Made by a program: the position numbers and the translations under genes
Notes under the pieces: generated by a model
What the model was told of the DNA's origin: nothing
What the model saw: the letters and a program-made list of their open reading frames with translations, nothing else
Databases searched by the model: none
NCBI GenBank assembly: GCA_948434855.1
Contig: CAOJFR010000001.1
Span: 19,629-83,628, forward strand
Source of the DNA: an uncultured Clostridia bacterium
Lineage (GTDB): Bacteria > Bacillota > Clostridia > Christensenellales > UBA1242
Length of the DNA stretch: 64,000 nucleotides
Direction: 5' to 3'
Shown: one piece after another, positions 20,233-29,506 of the stretch
Layout: the number at the start of each line of letters is the position of its first letter
How positions within the stretch are numbered: position 1 is the stretch's first letter

Positions 20233-22536
20233 ATGAAATTAACAGATGAGAGAATTATTAAGTTTTTAGATGAAAAACTTAGTGCAAAGGGCATTGAGCG
20301 AGATAAGTTTTTAAACCCTAGTTTAAATGACCTTCGTGATGCAAACAAGCTTAAAAACATGAGTGAAGCTGTCAAAAAAATCAAAGAAGCCATAAAAAAT
20401 GACAAAAAAATACTTATTTTTGGCGACTATGATTCTGACGGTGTGTGTTCTTCTGCAATGCTTTATTTATATTTTAAGTCTATAGGCAAAAATGTTCAGG
20501 TTTATATTCCTAATCGTTTTCACAATGGCTATGGAATTTCATGCGAGGCAATAGACGAAATTGAGTTTGAATATGCACCAGACTTGGTGATTACAGTGGA
20601 TTTGGGCATTACTGCCATTGAAGAAGTTGAAATTTTAAAGCAAGAAAATATTGATGTGGTGATAACTGACCATCATATTCCGCTTTCAGAGCTGCCAAGT
20701 GCGGTGGTTGTTGACCCAAAAATTGACCCAGATGGCACCTATGGCTTTGATTCACTTTGCGGTGCAGGCGTTGCACTTAAGCTTATTGAAGCTCTTTCAG
20801 ACAGGCAAACAGCACTAAAATTTTTAGATATTTGTGCTATTGCAACCGTTGGTGATATTGTTCCGCTTGTTGATGAAAACAGGGTAATTGCCAAGTTTGG
20901 AATTGAAAAAATTAATTCTGGAGACTGCCTTCCAAGCCTGACTTTTATTAAAAATAAGTGTGAAATTGACAGGCTAACTTCAACAGACATAAGCTTTAAA
21001 ATTGTGCCAAAAATAAATGCTTGTGGGCGAATGAGCAGTGCAATTAAGGCATTTGAATTTTTGGTTGAAGATGACCCAAAACAGCTTGAAATTAAGTATG
21101 CTGAGATTGAATCAGACAATATGCTTAGGCTGTCTGCCATTGAAAAAGGTAACAAGGAAATTGCCAAAATTTTGGAAAAATATGATGCCTTTGAACCTGC
21201 AATTTTGATTAAGGGTGACTTTCATGAAGGCATTATTGGCATTTTAGCATCAAGAGTTTGCCATGACCAAGGAAAGCCTGCAATCATTTTTACGATGGAT
21301 GAAAATGGCAACTATAAGGGCAGTGGCAGAAGCACTGAAAACATTGATATTCACAAAATTATTGTTTCACTTGCAGACCTTTTGGAAAATTTTGGTGGTC
21401 ACAAAATGGCATGCGGACTAGAAATTTGCCCAGAAAATTATGAAATTTTTAAGCAAAAATTTATTGAAAAAGTGAGTGAATTTTCAGTTTTTGAGACTGA
21501 AAATTTTGATGAAAAATGTTATGATATTGAGATTAATGACGAAGATATTAATTTGCAATTTATTTCTCAGCTAAATTTACTTGAGCCTTTTGGCTGTGAA
21601 AATGAAAAGCCAATTTTGGCAATTAGGCAAACAAAAATGCTTGCAGAACCTGTGAGTGAAAAGGCGTTTAAACACTATAGATTTTGGACAAAAAAGAACA
21701 ATAGTGTGGTGTGTTTTAATGGCTATGATGAAATGCAAAATGCCAAGACAATGGCAGAAAAATTGCTTGTTGTTGACCTTTCAACTAGCACTTATAAGGG
21801 GCGAGAAAACATTAATGTTGTGCTTAAAAACATGACACTAATTAGTCCAAATTTTGAGGGTTTTGAAAGCCAATTTTTGCTTGGTTCACTCATAAATAAA
21901 TACTTCTCAATTTTTGATTTTAATGATAAAAATAACTATCATTTAACAGACAATTTGGCAGCTGTCGCCGCTGAAAAATTTAAAGAAAATTCACATGGAA
22001 CAATGGTTGTTGCAAGCTCTGATAGTGACCTTGAAAAGCTTGAAAAACACGGCATTGACACAAAAAGCTATTTGTCTTTTAATCCACAAACAGATTGCAA
22101 AAATGTTATAGTTTGCAAGCATAGGGGAATATATAAATTAAGTCAGGCAAAAGGTTATAAAAATATAATTTTTATGAACCGTTATTTTGATGATGAACAC
22201 CTTTATTTTTCACAGCAATATAATGTTTATGAAAATATAACAAAAATGCCTTTAAGTTTTGGGCTAAACTGTTCTCGTGAAGTTTTTGTTAAGGCATATA
22301 AACTTATTTGCGATTTTGCAGCCATAAAAGCAAATGATGAATGTGAGTTTGCTGAAAAACTTGCTTTAAAAGACAAGTCGCTTTCTTCTGCTCAGATATT
22401 GTTTTGTCTTTTGGTTTTTATGGAATTAAATTTTTGTGAATATGACGAAATTTTATGTAATTTTAAAATTTTAAAAGCAAAAAAAATGGAGCTTTCATCA
22501 TCAAAATTATACTTGGAGGTTAGTGATGGAAAATAA
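20233..22536 (+). CDS. recJ: single-stranded-DNA-specific exonuclease RecJ
   Basis: It has the DHH-family motifs ILIFGDYDSDGVCS, VDLGIT and VITDHH, and the DHHA1 motif GGHKMACG. Confidence 0.9.
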   Translation: MKLTDERIIKFLDEKLSAKGIERDKFLNPSLNDLRDANKLKNMSEAVKKIKEAIKNDKKILIFGDYDSDGVCSSAMLYLYFKSIGKNVQVYIPNRFHNGYGISCEAIDEIEFEYAPDLVITVDLGITAIEEVEILKQENIDVVITDHHIPLSELPSAVVVDPKIDPDGTYGFDSLCGAGVALKLIEALSDRQTALKFLDICAIATVGDIVPLVDENRVIAKFGIEKINSGDCLPSLTFIKNKCEIDRLTSTDISFKIVPKINACGRMSSAIKAFEFLVEDDPKQLEIKYAEIESDNMLRLSAIEKGNKEIAKILEKYDAFEPAILIKGDFHEGIIGILASRVCHDQGKPAIIFTMDENGNYKGSGRSTENIDIHKIIVSLADLLENFGGHKMACGLEICPENYEIFKQKFIEKVSEFSVFETENFDEKCYDIEINDEDINLQFISQLNLLEPFGCENEKPILAIRQTKMLAEPVSEKAFKHYRFWTKKNNSVVCFNGYDEMQNAKTMAEKLLVVDLSTSTYKGRENINVVLKNMTLISPNFEGFESQFLLGSLINKYFSIFDFNDKNNYHLTDNLAAVAAEKFKENSHGTMVVASSDSDLEKLEKHGIDTKSYLSFNPQTDCKNVIVCKHRGIYKLSQAKGYKNIIFMNRYFDDEHLYFSQQYNVYENITKMPLSFGLNCSREVFVKAYKLICDFAAIKANDECEFAEKLALKDKSLSSAQILFCLLVFMELNFCEYDEILCNFKILKAKKMELSSSKLYLEVSDGK

Positions 22537-24643
22537 TTTAATTGGTTTGCAGGAACTGGAGCAAAAATTTTTGGAACTTGTTAAAAAGAATTATCCAAAA
22601 AATGCTGACAAAATTATTGATGCATATAAGTTCGCCTTAAATGCCCATGCTGGCGTTAAGCGAAAAAGTGGAGAGCCATATATTGTGCATCCGCTTTTGG
22701 TTGCAAAAATTTTGATAGAAAATAACATGGACTATTTTACCGTTATGGCTGGGCTTTTGCATGATGTTATTGAAGACACAAATTATACTGAGGCTGACAT
22801 TGCTAAAATGTTTGGTGAAACTGTTGCCAAGCTTGTTAATGGCGTAACAAAAATTAACGGAACCTCTCTTAGGGAGAAAAATCTTACAGAGGAAATGAGC
22901 ATTCAAAAGCTTATCCTTTCAATGGGAACAGATATTAGGGTTATTTTAATAAAGCTTGCCGACAGGCTTCATAATATGCAAACCATAGACTTTCTTTCTA
23001 GAGAAAGGCAAATTCGTATGGCAAACGAAACAAACGAACTTTTTATTCCTATAGCAGAGCGCCTTGGAATTAGAAATATTCGCTCTGAGTTGGAAGAGCT
23101 TACATTTAAGTGTTTGCATAAAGAGGAATATGCAGAAATTAAAGCAGAATTTGACCGCAGGTTTAAGTCTCGCGAAACTGAACTTAAGCAAATTAAAGAT
23201 AAACTGAATAAAATTTTGAAGGAAAATGGAATTGGTGGCACAATTTTTGCGTGGCCAGAGCATTATTATTCAATTTACAAAAAAATTAAGGCGGATGGCA
23301 TTAAAAAAGTTTATGGATTTATGCTTTATAAAATTGTTGTGGAAGATGAACTGGATTGCTATAAGGTTCTTGGGCTTTTGCATAAAAATTTCAGACACTT
23401 GCCAGAACAAATTAAAGACTTTATTTCTTCGCCAAAGCCAAATGGCTATAGGTCGCTTCATACAGTTTTGCTGTCAGACAATGGAAACGTAACGTTTAAG
23501 GTTATGATTAGAACCGCTGAAATGGACAAAATTTGCGAATCTGGGGTGTCTTCGCTTTGGAGCGGAAGCGATGTTGATAAGGGTTTTAGTGAAAAAATTG
23601 AAAAATATAACAGCATGAAGCAAATAACTAATGAGGAAAACAAAAATTTAAACCCAGCAGCATTTATAAATGCCATAAAATCAGACTTATTTTCAAGCGT
23701 AACTTGGGTGTTTACGCCAAAGCTTAAGCCAATTTGTCTTGAAGCAGACAAACCAACAGCCATTGACTTTGCCTATGCCGTTCACACAGACATAGGACAC
23801 AGGGCACTTGGTGCAAATGTTAACGGAAAAAAAGCCTCACTAAGCACAGAGCTTAGGGCGGGTGATATTGTTGAAATTGTTACTTCAGAGGCTCCAAAGG
23901 CTCCTAGCAGAAACTGGCTTTCGGTTGCAAAAACTGCCATTGCAAGAAAGAGTATTTCAAAATATTTAAAAGACCATCAAACGAAAGAAAACATTAGCCT
24001 TGGCAAAGAAAAATTGCAAGAAGAACTTAAGAAAAATGGCTTTAATTATGAAAGTTTAATGTCGTTATATTCTAAAATTGCAGAGGATTTTAACTTTTTG
24101 TGCGAAGACGAAATGCTTGCTAGTGTTGGAATGGAAAGCGTTACGGTTTCTCAAATTGTAAGTTATGTGATTAACGAAGCGCAAAAAATAAACTTTATGC
24201 GAAGCTTGCCTGTTATTCTTGATAGTGATGAAGAGTTTTCAAGCATAAGCTATCCTAAGTGCTGCGGGGCAGTTCCGGGGGACGAAATTGTTGCTCTTGC
24301 TAGCAAAAATAGCCTTGCAATTCACAGAACTTGTTGTGCCAATGCAAAAAATGCTTCAAAAGACAGCATTATTAATGCAACATGGCAAACCAAAATTCCA
24401 TTTCAGTTTTCTTCGGTTTTAAAGGTTGTTGCAACTGACAGAGTTGGGCTTGCAGCCGATTTATTTGCTTTGCTTGCAAGCGAAAAAGTAAACCTTAACA
24501 GAACTGTGGTTAGAAAAGTTAATGACCAGATTTGTGAATTTGAAATTGGCGTTCAAGTTTATCATTTAAATGAACTTGATGAAATTAGAGAAAAACTTGC
24601 AAAACTTGGTGGTGTTAAGTCTGTAAGCAGAAGTTATGAATAA
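22526..24643 (+). CDS. relA: bifunctional (p)ppGpp synthetase/hydrolase RelA/SpoT family
   Basis: It has an HD domain (HPLLVAKIL...LLHDVIEDT), a synthetase domain (GYRSLHTVL), a TGS domain and a C-terminal ACT-like domain. The ATG lies 6 nt after ggagg and overlaps the recJ stop. Confidence 0.9.
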   Translation: MENNLIGLQELEQKFLELVKKNYPKNADKIIDAYKFALNAHAGVKRKSGEPYIVHPLLVAKILIENNMDYFTVMAGLLHDVIEDTNYTEADIAKMFGETVAKLVNGVTKINGTSLREKNLTEEMSIQKLILSMGTDIRVILIKLADRLHNMQTIDFLSRERQIRMANETNELFIPIAERLGIRNIRSELEELTFKCLHKEEYAEIKAEFDRRFKSRETELKQIKDKLNKILKENGIGGTIFAWPEHYYSIYKKIKADGIKKVYGFMLYKIVVEDELDCYKVLGLLHKNFRHLPEQIKDFISSPKPNGYRSLHTVLLSDNGNVTFKVMIRTAEMDKICESGVSSLWSGSDVDKGFSEKIEKYNSMKQITNEENKNLNPAAFINAIKSDLFSSVTWVFTPKLKPICLEADKPTAIDFAYAVHTDIGHRALGANVNGKKASLSTELRAGDIVEIVTSEAPKAPSRNWLSVAKTAIARKSISKYLKDHQTKENISLGKEKLQEELKKNGFNYESLMSLYSKIAEDFNFLCEDEMLASVGMESVTVSQIVSYVINEAQKINFMRSLPVILDSDEEFSSISYPKCCGAVPGDEIVALASKNSLAIHRTCCANAKNASKDSIINATWQTKIPFQFSSVLKVVATDRVGLAADLFALLASEKVNLNRTVVRKVNDQICEFEIGVQVYHLNELDEIREKLAKLGGVKSVSRSYE

Positions 24644-24817
24644 GTTTTTTGATTAATTTGAACAATTTTCTTAAAAATTTCATAAATTTGATAATTTGCC
24701 TTTACAAATTAAAAAAAAAGTTGTATACTCTTGCTTGTTACCGTTTGAGAATGCAAAAAGCTTCTTTTTCCGGCTCTTGCACTCAAAAACTGGCAAATTT
24801 ATAATGGAGGAAAAAGC

Positions 24818-25081
24818 ATGGACAAGATTAAAAAGCAAGAAATTATCAAAGAGTATGCACAATCTGAAAATGACACAGGTTCACCTTATGTTCAAATTGC
24901 TCTTTTAACAGAGAGAATTAAAAACTTAACTGAATACTTAAAGTCAAACAAGCAAGATTTCCACTCACGTCGTGGTCTTATGCAACTTGTTGGTCGCAGA
25001 AGAGGTCTTCTTGAATATCTTAAAAATACAGATATTGATGGCTACAGAAATTTGATTGAAAAATTAGGCATTAGAAAATAA
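24818..25081 (+). CDS. rpsO: 30S ribosomal protein S15
   Basis: ...[34 protein letters not shown]... is canonical S15. Confidence 0.95.
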   Translation: MDKIKKQEIIKEYAQSENDTGSPYVQIALLTERIKNLTEYLKSNKQDFHSRRGLMQLVGRRRGLLEYLKNTDIDGYRNLIEKLGIRK

Positions 25082-25087
25082 TAAAAG

Positions 25088-25116
25088 GGAGTGAGATTTT
25101 TTCTCATTCCGTTTTT
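25088..25116 (+). terminator. hairpin between rpsO and pnp (terminator or pnp leader processing site)
   Basis: Hairpin ggagtgaga/tctcattcc followed by a T-run. Confidence 0.6.
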
Positions 25117-25143
25117 TAATTAGTAGAGAAAAGGAGATAAATT

Positions 25144-27240
25144 ATGTTTGGTGAAGAAAAAAATTACAAACTCAGTTTGGCAGGAAAGGATATTTTAATT
25201 AAGACTGGCAAATTTTGTGGTCAATCAAATGGCACTTGTTGGGTAAGCTCTGGCGACACAACTGTTATGGTTAACGTTACTATGAGCGACAAGCCAAAGG
25301 AAGGAGCAGACTTCTTTCCACTTTGTGTTGATTTTGAAGAAAAAATGTATTCTATAGGAAAGTTTCCAGGGGGCTTTAAAAAGAGAGAGGGCAGAGCTAG
25401 CGATCAAGCAATTCTTTTTTCAAGACTTATTGACAGACCAATTCGTCCACTATTTCCTAAGGGGTTTTATTATGATGTTGCTGTTGTTGCAACAGCACTT
25501 TCTGTTGACCCAAATGATGCACCAGAAATTTTGGCTATGATTGGCTCTTCTGTTGCACTTTCTGTGTCAGACATTCCTTTTGCAGGTCCAACAGGCTCTG
25601 TTATTGTTGGCTGCATAGATGGCAAGTTTGTTATTAACCCTACTGCTGAAGAGTGTGAAAAGAGCTCACTTCATGCCTATGTTGCGGGCACAAAAGACGC
25701 AATTATGATGGTTGAAGCTGGCGCAAATGAAGTTAGTGAAGAACTCATGAGAGATGCAATTTTATTTGCTCATGATGCAATTAAAGAAATTGTTAGCTTT
25801 ATTGAAAAAATTGCCAAAGAAGTTGGCAAACCAAAGAGAGAAGTAGAGCTATTTCATATTGGTGAAGACCTTGAAAAAGATGTTCGTGACTATGTTACTG
25901 CAGACCTTACAAAGGCAATGGCTCCACTTGCAGACAAGGTTGCATTAAATGAGAGAATTAGCAAGGTTTTGGATGATTGCAGAGAACATTTTGCTGAAAA
26001 ATATGAAGATAGAGAGCAAGAAGTTAACGAGCTTTTATATAAAATGCAAAAGGAAATTGTTAGAAAAACAATTATTGAAACTGGCGTTAGACCAGATGGC
26101 AGACAAACCAAACAAATTAGACCAATTTGGTGTGAAGCTGGCGTGCTTCCAAGAGTTCATGGAACTGGCGTTTTCACTAGAGGTGAAACACAGGTTCTTA
26201 ACTGTTTGACACTTGCAACAATTTCTGAGGCTCAAAGACTTGAGGGCTTAGACGATGAGGAAAATGCATACAAGCGTTATATTCATCAATATAATATGCC
26301 ACCATATGCAACTGGCGAAGCAAGAAACTTAAGAAGCCCTGGCAGACGTGAAATTGGTCACGGCGCACTCGCTGAAAGGTCGCTTCTTCCAGTAATTCCT
26401 AGCGAAGAGGAGTTTCCATATGCACTCCGCTTGGTTTCAGAAGTTTTATCATCTAATGGTTCTTCTTCAATGGCAAGTGTTTGTGCAAGCACTCTTGCTC
26501 TTATGGATGCAGGCGTTCCAATTAAGGCTCCTGTTGCTGGTGTTGCTATGGGTCTTATTAAAGATGAAGCTTCTGGCAAGGTTATTGTTATGACTGATAT
26601 TCAGGGTCTTGAAGACTTTTATGGTGATATGGACTTTAAAGTTGCGGGCACAAAAAATGGTATCACTGCAATTCAAATGGATATTAAAATTAAAGGTATT
26701 GATGAAAAAATCTTAACAACAGCTCTTTCTCAAGCAAAAGAAGGCAGAGATGAGATTATGGATAAAATGCTTGCAACAATTTCTGAGCCAAGAGAAAGCT
26801 TAAGCCCATATGCTCCAAAAATTATCACCTTTAAAATTGCTCCAGACAAGATTGGCGAAGTTATTGGTCAGGGCGGAAAGACTATCAATAAAATTATTGA
26901 AAAAACAGGCGTTAAGATTGATATTGAAGACGATGGCACAGTTATGGTTTCATCTGCAGTTATTGAAGATTGTTATGAAGCTAAAAAGATAATTGAAGAC
27001 ATTGTTTTTGTTCCAGAAGTTGGCGAAAGATACACAGGAACAGTTGTTAGAATTATGCAATTTGGTGCTTTTGTTGAAATTTCTTCAACTTGTGATGGCA
27101 TGATTCACATTTCTAAGCTTTCAACAAAAAGAGTTGAAAGAGTTGAAGATGTTGTGAAGATTGGCGACAAGGTTGAAATTGAAGTTATTAAGGTTGACGA
27201 AAAGGGCAGAGTTGACCTAAAGCTTATAAAAAAAATGTGA
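25144..27240 (+). CDS. pnp: polyribonucleotide nucleotidyltransferase (PNPase)
   Basis: It has two RNase PH domains followed by KH (IGQGGKTINKI) and S1 (GTVVRIMQFGAFVEI) domains. Confidence 0.95.
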   Translation: MFGEEKNYKLSLAGKDILIKTGKFCGQSNGTCWVSSGDTTVMVNVTMSDKPKEGADFFPLCVDFEEKMYSIGKFPGGFKKREGRASDQAILFSRLIDRPIRPLFPKGFYYDVAVVATALSVDPNDAPEILAMIGSSVALSVSDIPFAGPTGSVIVGCIDGKFVINPTAEECEKSSLHAYVAGTKDAIMMVEAGANEVSEELMRDAILFAHDAIKEIVSFIEKIAKEVGKPKREVELFHIGEDLEKDVRDYVTADLTKAMAPLADKVALNERISKVLDDCREHFAEKYEDREQEVNELLYKMQKEIVRKTIIETGVRPDGRQTKQIRPIWCEAGVLPRVHGTGVFTRGETQVLNCLTLATISEAQRLEGLDDEENAYKRYIHQYNMPPYATGEARNLRSPGRREIGHGALAERSLLPVIPSEEEFPYALRLVSEVLSSNGSSSMASVCASTLALMDAGVPIKAPVAGVAMGLIKDEASGKVIVMTDIQGLEDFYGDMDFKVAGTKNGITAIQMDIKIKGIDEKILTTALSQAKEGRDEIMDKMLATISEPRESLSPYAPKIITFKIAPDKIGEVIGQGGKTINKIIEKTGVKIDIEDDGTVMVSSAVIEDCYEAKKIIEDIVFVPEVGERYTGTVVRIMQFGAFVEISSTCDGMIHISKLSTKRVERVEDVVKIGDKVEIEVIKVDEKGRVDLKLIKKM

Positions 27241-27312
27241 AGGCATACGAATAAAAAATTAAACATTTGTTAAAAAATATTTAAATTTAGTTAGGTTATT
27301 GATAAATTAAGG

Positions 27313-27351
27313 AAAAAACTTACACAAATTTGTGTAAGTTTTTCTTTTTTT
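27313..27351 (+). terminator. intrinsic terminator after pnp
   Basis: Hairpin cttacaca-aatt-tgtgtaag followed by a long T-run. Confidence 0.8.
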
Positions 27352-27375
27352 GTGAGGCTTAGCATATAATTTATT

Positions 27376-28107
27376 ATGAAAAAGCTAAAAAAAGAAAATG
27401 TTATTGTTCATGTGCTGTTTAACTTCGTAATTTTTACATTAATTGCAATTATGATTGTTTTTTCTGCAGGGGCAGGCAAAAAACGAACACTTGCAACTTC
27501 AAATAGCGAATATCGTGGAACGATTTATGCAGGCGACAAGTCTTCAAAAAAGGTTTCGCTTATGATTAATGTTTATTGGGGCACAGAATACTTAAAGCAA
27601 ATGCTTGAAACCTTAGAAAAACACGGCATTAAGACCACTTTTTTTGTTGGTGGAACTTGGGTTAAGGAAGAGCCAGAACTCTTAAAACAAATGAAAGCAT
27701 CTGGACACGAAATTGCCAGCCATGGATATAATCACAAAGAGCATGGCAAGCTTGATTATCTTGGAAACTACACAGAAATTGAAAAGTGCCACAAGGCTAT
27801 TAAAGAGGTTTTGGGCAGTGAAATGGAGCTTTTTGCACCACCGGGTGGCTCTTATAATGCTCAAACAATTGAGGCGGCAACTGCTCTTGGATATAAAACA
27901 ATTATGTGGACAAGAGACACCATTGACTGGCGTGATAAAAATGCAAATTTAATCTATAACAGGGCAGTTACTGGAATGCAAGGAGGTGACCTAATTTTGA
28001 TGCATCCAACTGAAAAAACTGCTGAGGCACTTGGCAAAATTATTGAATATGCCAAAAATCATGGTTTTACGCTAACAACAGTTAGTGACACTCTCGCTTT
28101 AGTTTAA
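27376..28107 (+). CDS. NodB-type polysaccharide deacetylase (YlxY-like)
   Basis: It has an N-terminal TM helix, TFFVGGTW, HEIASHGYNH and ILMHP. Its position after pnp matches Bacillus ylxY. Confidence 0.75.
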   Translation: MKKLKKENVIVHVLFNFVIFTLIAIMIVFSAGAGKKRTLATSNSEYRGTIYAGDKSSKKVSLMINVYWGTEYLKQMLETLEKHGIKTTFFVGGTWVKEEPELLKQMKASGHEIASHGYNHKEHGKLDYLGNYTEIEKCHKAIKEVLGSEMELFAPPGGSYNAQTIEAATALGYKTIMWTRDTIDWRDKNANLIYNRAVTGMQGGDLILMHPTEKTAEALGKIIEYAKNHGFTLTTVSDTLALV

Positions 28108-28157
28108 TTCACATCCGTAAAATGTTAAAAATTTATAAAAAATATTGAAAAATATGC

Positions 28158-28184
28158 AAAATCCGTTTTCTAAACGGATTTTTT
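28158..28184 (+). terminator. intrinsic terminator
   Basis: Hairpin aaatccgttt/aaacggattt followed by a T-run. Confidence 0.75.
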
Positions 28185-28230
28185 TATTGTATAATAAGCA
28201 TGTAAAATAATCTTATATGGAGCTTTATTT

Positions 28231-29496
28231 ATGGCATTAAATGTATTTTCTAACGGACTAAAACTTGTTTGCACCGAAAAGCATGAAAAAAAGGTTGCTT
28301 GCGTTGTGCTTCACATTGCAGGTGGCACTCAATCTGAAAAAAATTATCAGAGTGGAATAAGCGACTATTTAACAAAAATTATGCTTATGGGAACAAAAAT
28401 TCACCCATCAGCAGATTCGCTTATGTCTTACGCAAAATTAAACGGCATTGTGCTTACTCCTCACAATTCTAAAGAGAGCATAACTATTAGTGCACTTTGC
28501 CCAAAAGAGAGTGTTGACACAGCAATTAGCCTGCTTTCAGAAATTGCGTTTGAAACCTCATTTTCGCTTGAGGCTGGCGACAAGGTCAGAAAAGCCCAGC
28601 TTGCTCAGGTTGAAATGATTAGCGAAAGCCCAAACTTTGCAATGAACAGACTTCTTAATTCAACGCTTTATTCAAGAACTGGTCTTGCTAATCCAAAACA
28701 GGGCACCGCAATTACTGTTTCAAGGTTTAGAGCTATTGACGCTAAGGACTTTTTGGAAAAAGTTTTCACTCCAAGAAACACTGTTATTTCAGTTGTTGGA
28801 GACATTAATCAAGACCATATTTATGAGCTTGTGAAAAAATATTTCTTTGACAGAATGAAGGAAGAGGAAAAGGAATATAAAAAACTTAAATATGTTTCAA
28901 AGGTTGATGACTTTAAGGGCACAGCAAAGGGCAGAATTAAAAGGCTTAATCAAACAAGAATTGAAGTGGCTTTTCCTGCAGTTTCATTCAAAGACAAAGA
29001 AAAGTATATTTTGGAAATTATTAAACCAATTTTAATTAAAAAAATTATGCTTTCGCTTGCAAACACAAATTATTATTATGAAACCAAGGTCAGCACAAAA
29101 TATTACGCAAACAATGGCAACATTGTGTTTGATATTATGGTTGACTATGAAAATGCAGAGCAGCATGTTCATGAATTTATTAAGGCATTAAACAGAGATG
29201 TTAAGCAAAGAGAAATCTCTGCAGATGAGTTTGAAACTGAAAAAAAGGTATTCATAACAAACTTTATCAATTCTTACGACAATGTTTTGGAGTGTGCACT
29301 TGTTTCTGCAAAAACTCTTGCACTTACAAAACAAACTTTTTCAGAGAGTGGGGAAAGGCTTAAAATTGACCTTTTGACAAACAAAGATGCCAACAAACTT
29401 TTGGCTAAAATTTTAGACTTTAACCAAATGGTTGTTATTTATCTTGGTCATGACATTGATATTGACTTTGACAAACTCGTTTCTGAAACAAAATAA
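28231..29496 (+). CDS. M16-family (pitrilysin-like) protein lacking the HxxEH zinc motif
   Basis: The length and layout fit M16, and the position is that of MlpA/YmxG. The motif position reads GISDYLTKIMLMGT instead of G.AHFLEHM.FKGT. Confidence 0.6.
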   Translation: MALNVFSNGLKLVCTEKHEKKVACVVLHIAGGTQSEKNYQSGISDYLTKIMLMGTKIHPSADSLMSYAKLNGIVLTPHNSKESITISALCPKESVDTAISLLSEIAFETSFSLEAGDKVRKAQLAQVEMISESPNFAMNRLLNSTLYSRTGLANPKQGTAITVSRFRAIDAKDFLEKVFTPRNTVISVVGDINQDHIYELVKKYFFDRMKEEEKEYKKLKYVSKVDDFKGTAKGRIKRLNQTRIEVAFPAVSFKDKEKYILEIIKPILIKKIMLSLANTNYYYETKVSTKYYANNGNIVFDIMVDYENAEQHVHEFIKALNRDVKQREISADEFETEKKVFITNFINSYDNVLECALVSAKTLALTKQTFSESGERLKIDLLTNKDANKLLAKILDFNQMVVIYLGHDIDIDFDKLVSETK

Positions 29497-29506
29497 GGAG
29501 ATTATC

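Noticed and set aside
29432-29506. Upstream extension of ftsK overlapping the M16 gene
   Set aside because: It overlaps the 3' end of the preceding gene. The in-frame TTG at 29507 lies 6 nt after aaggag.
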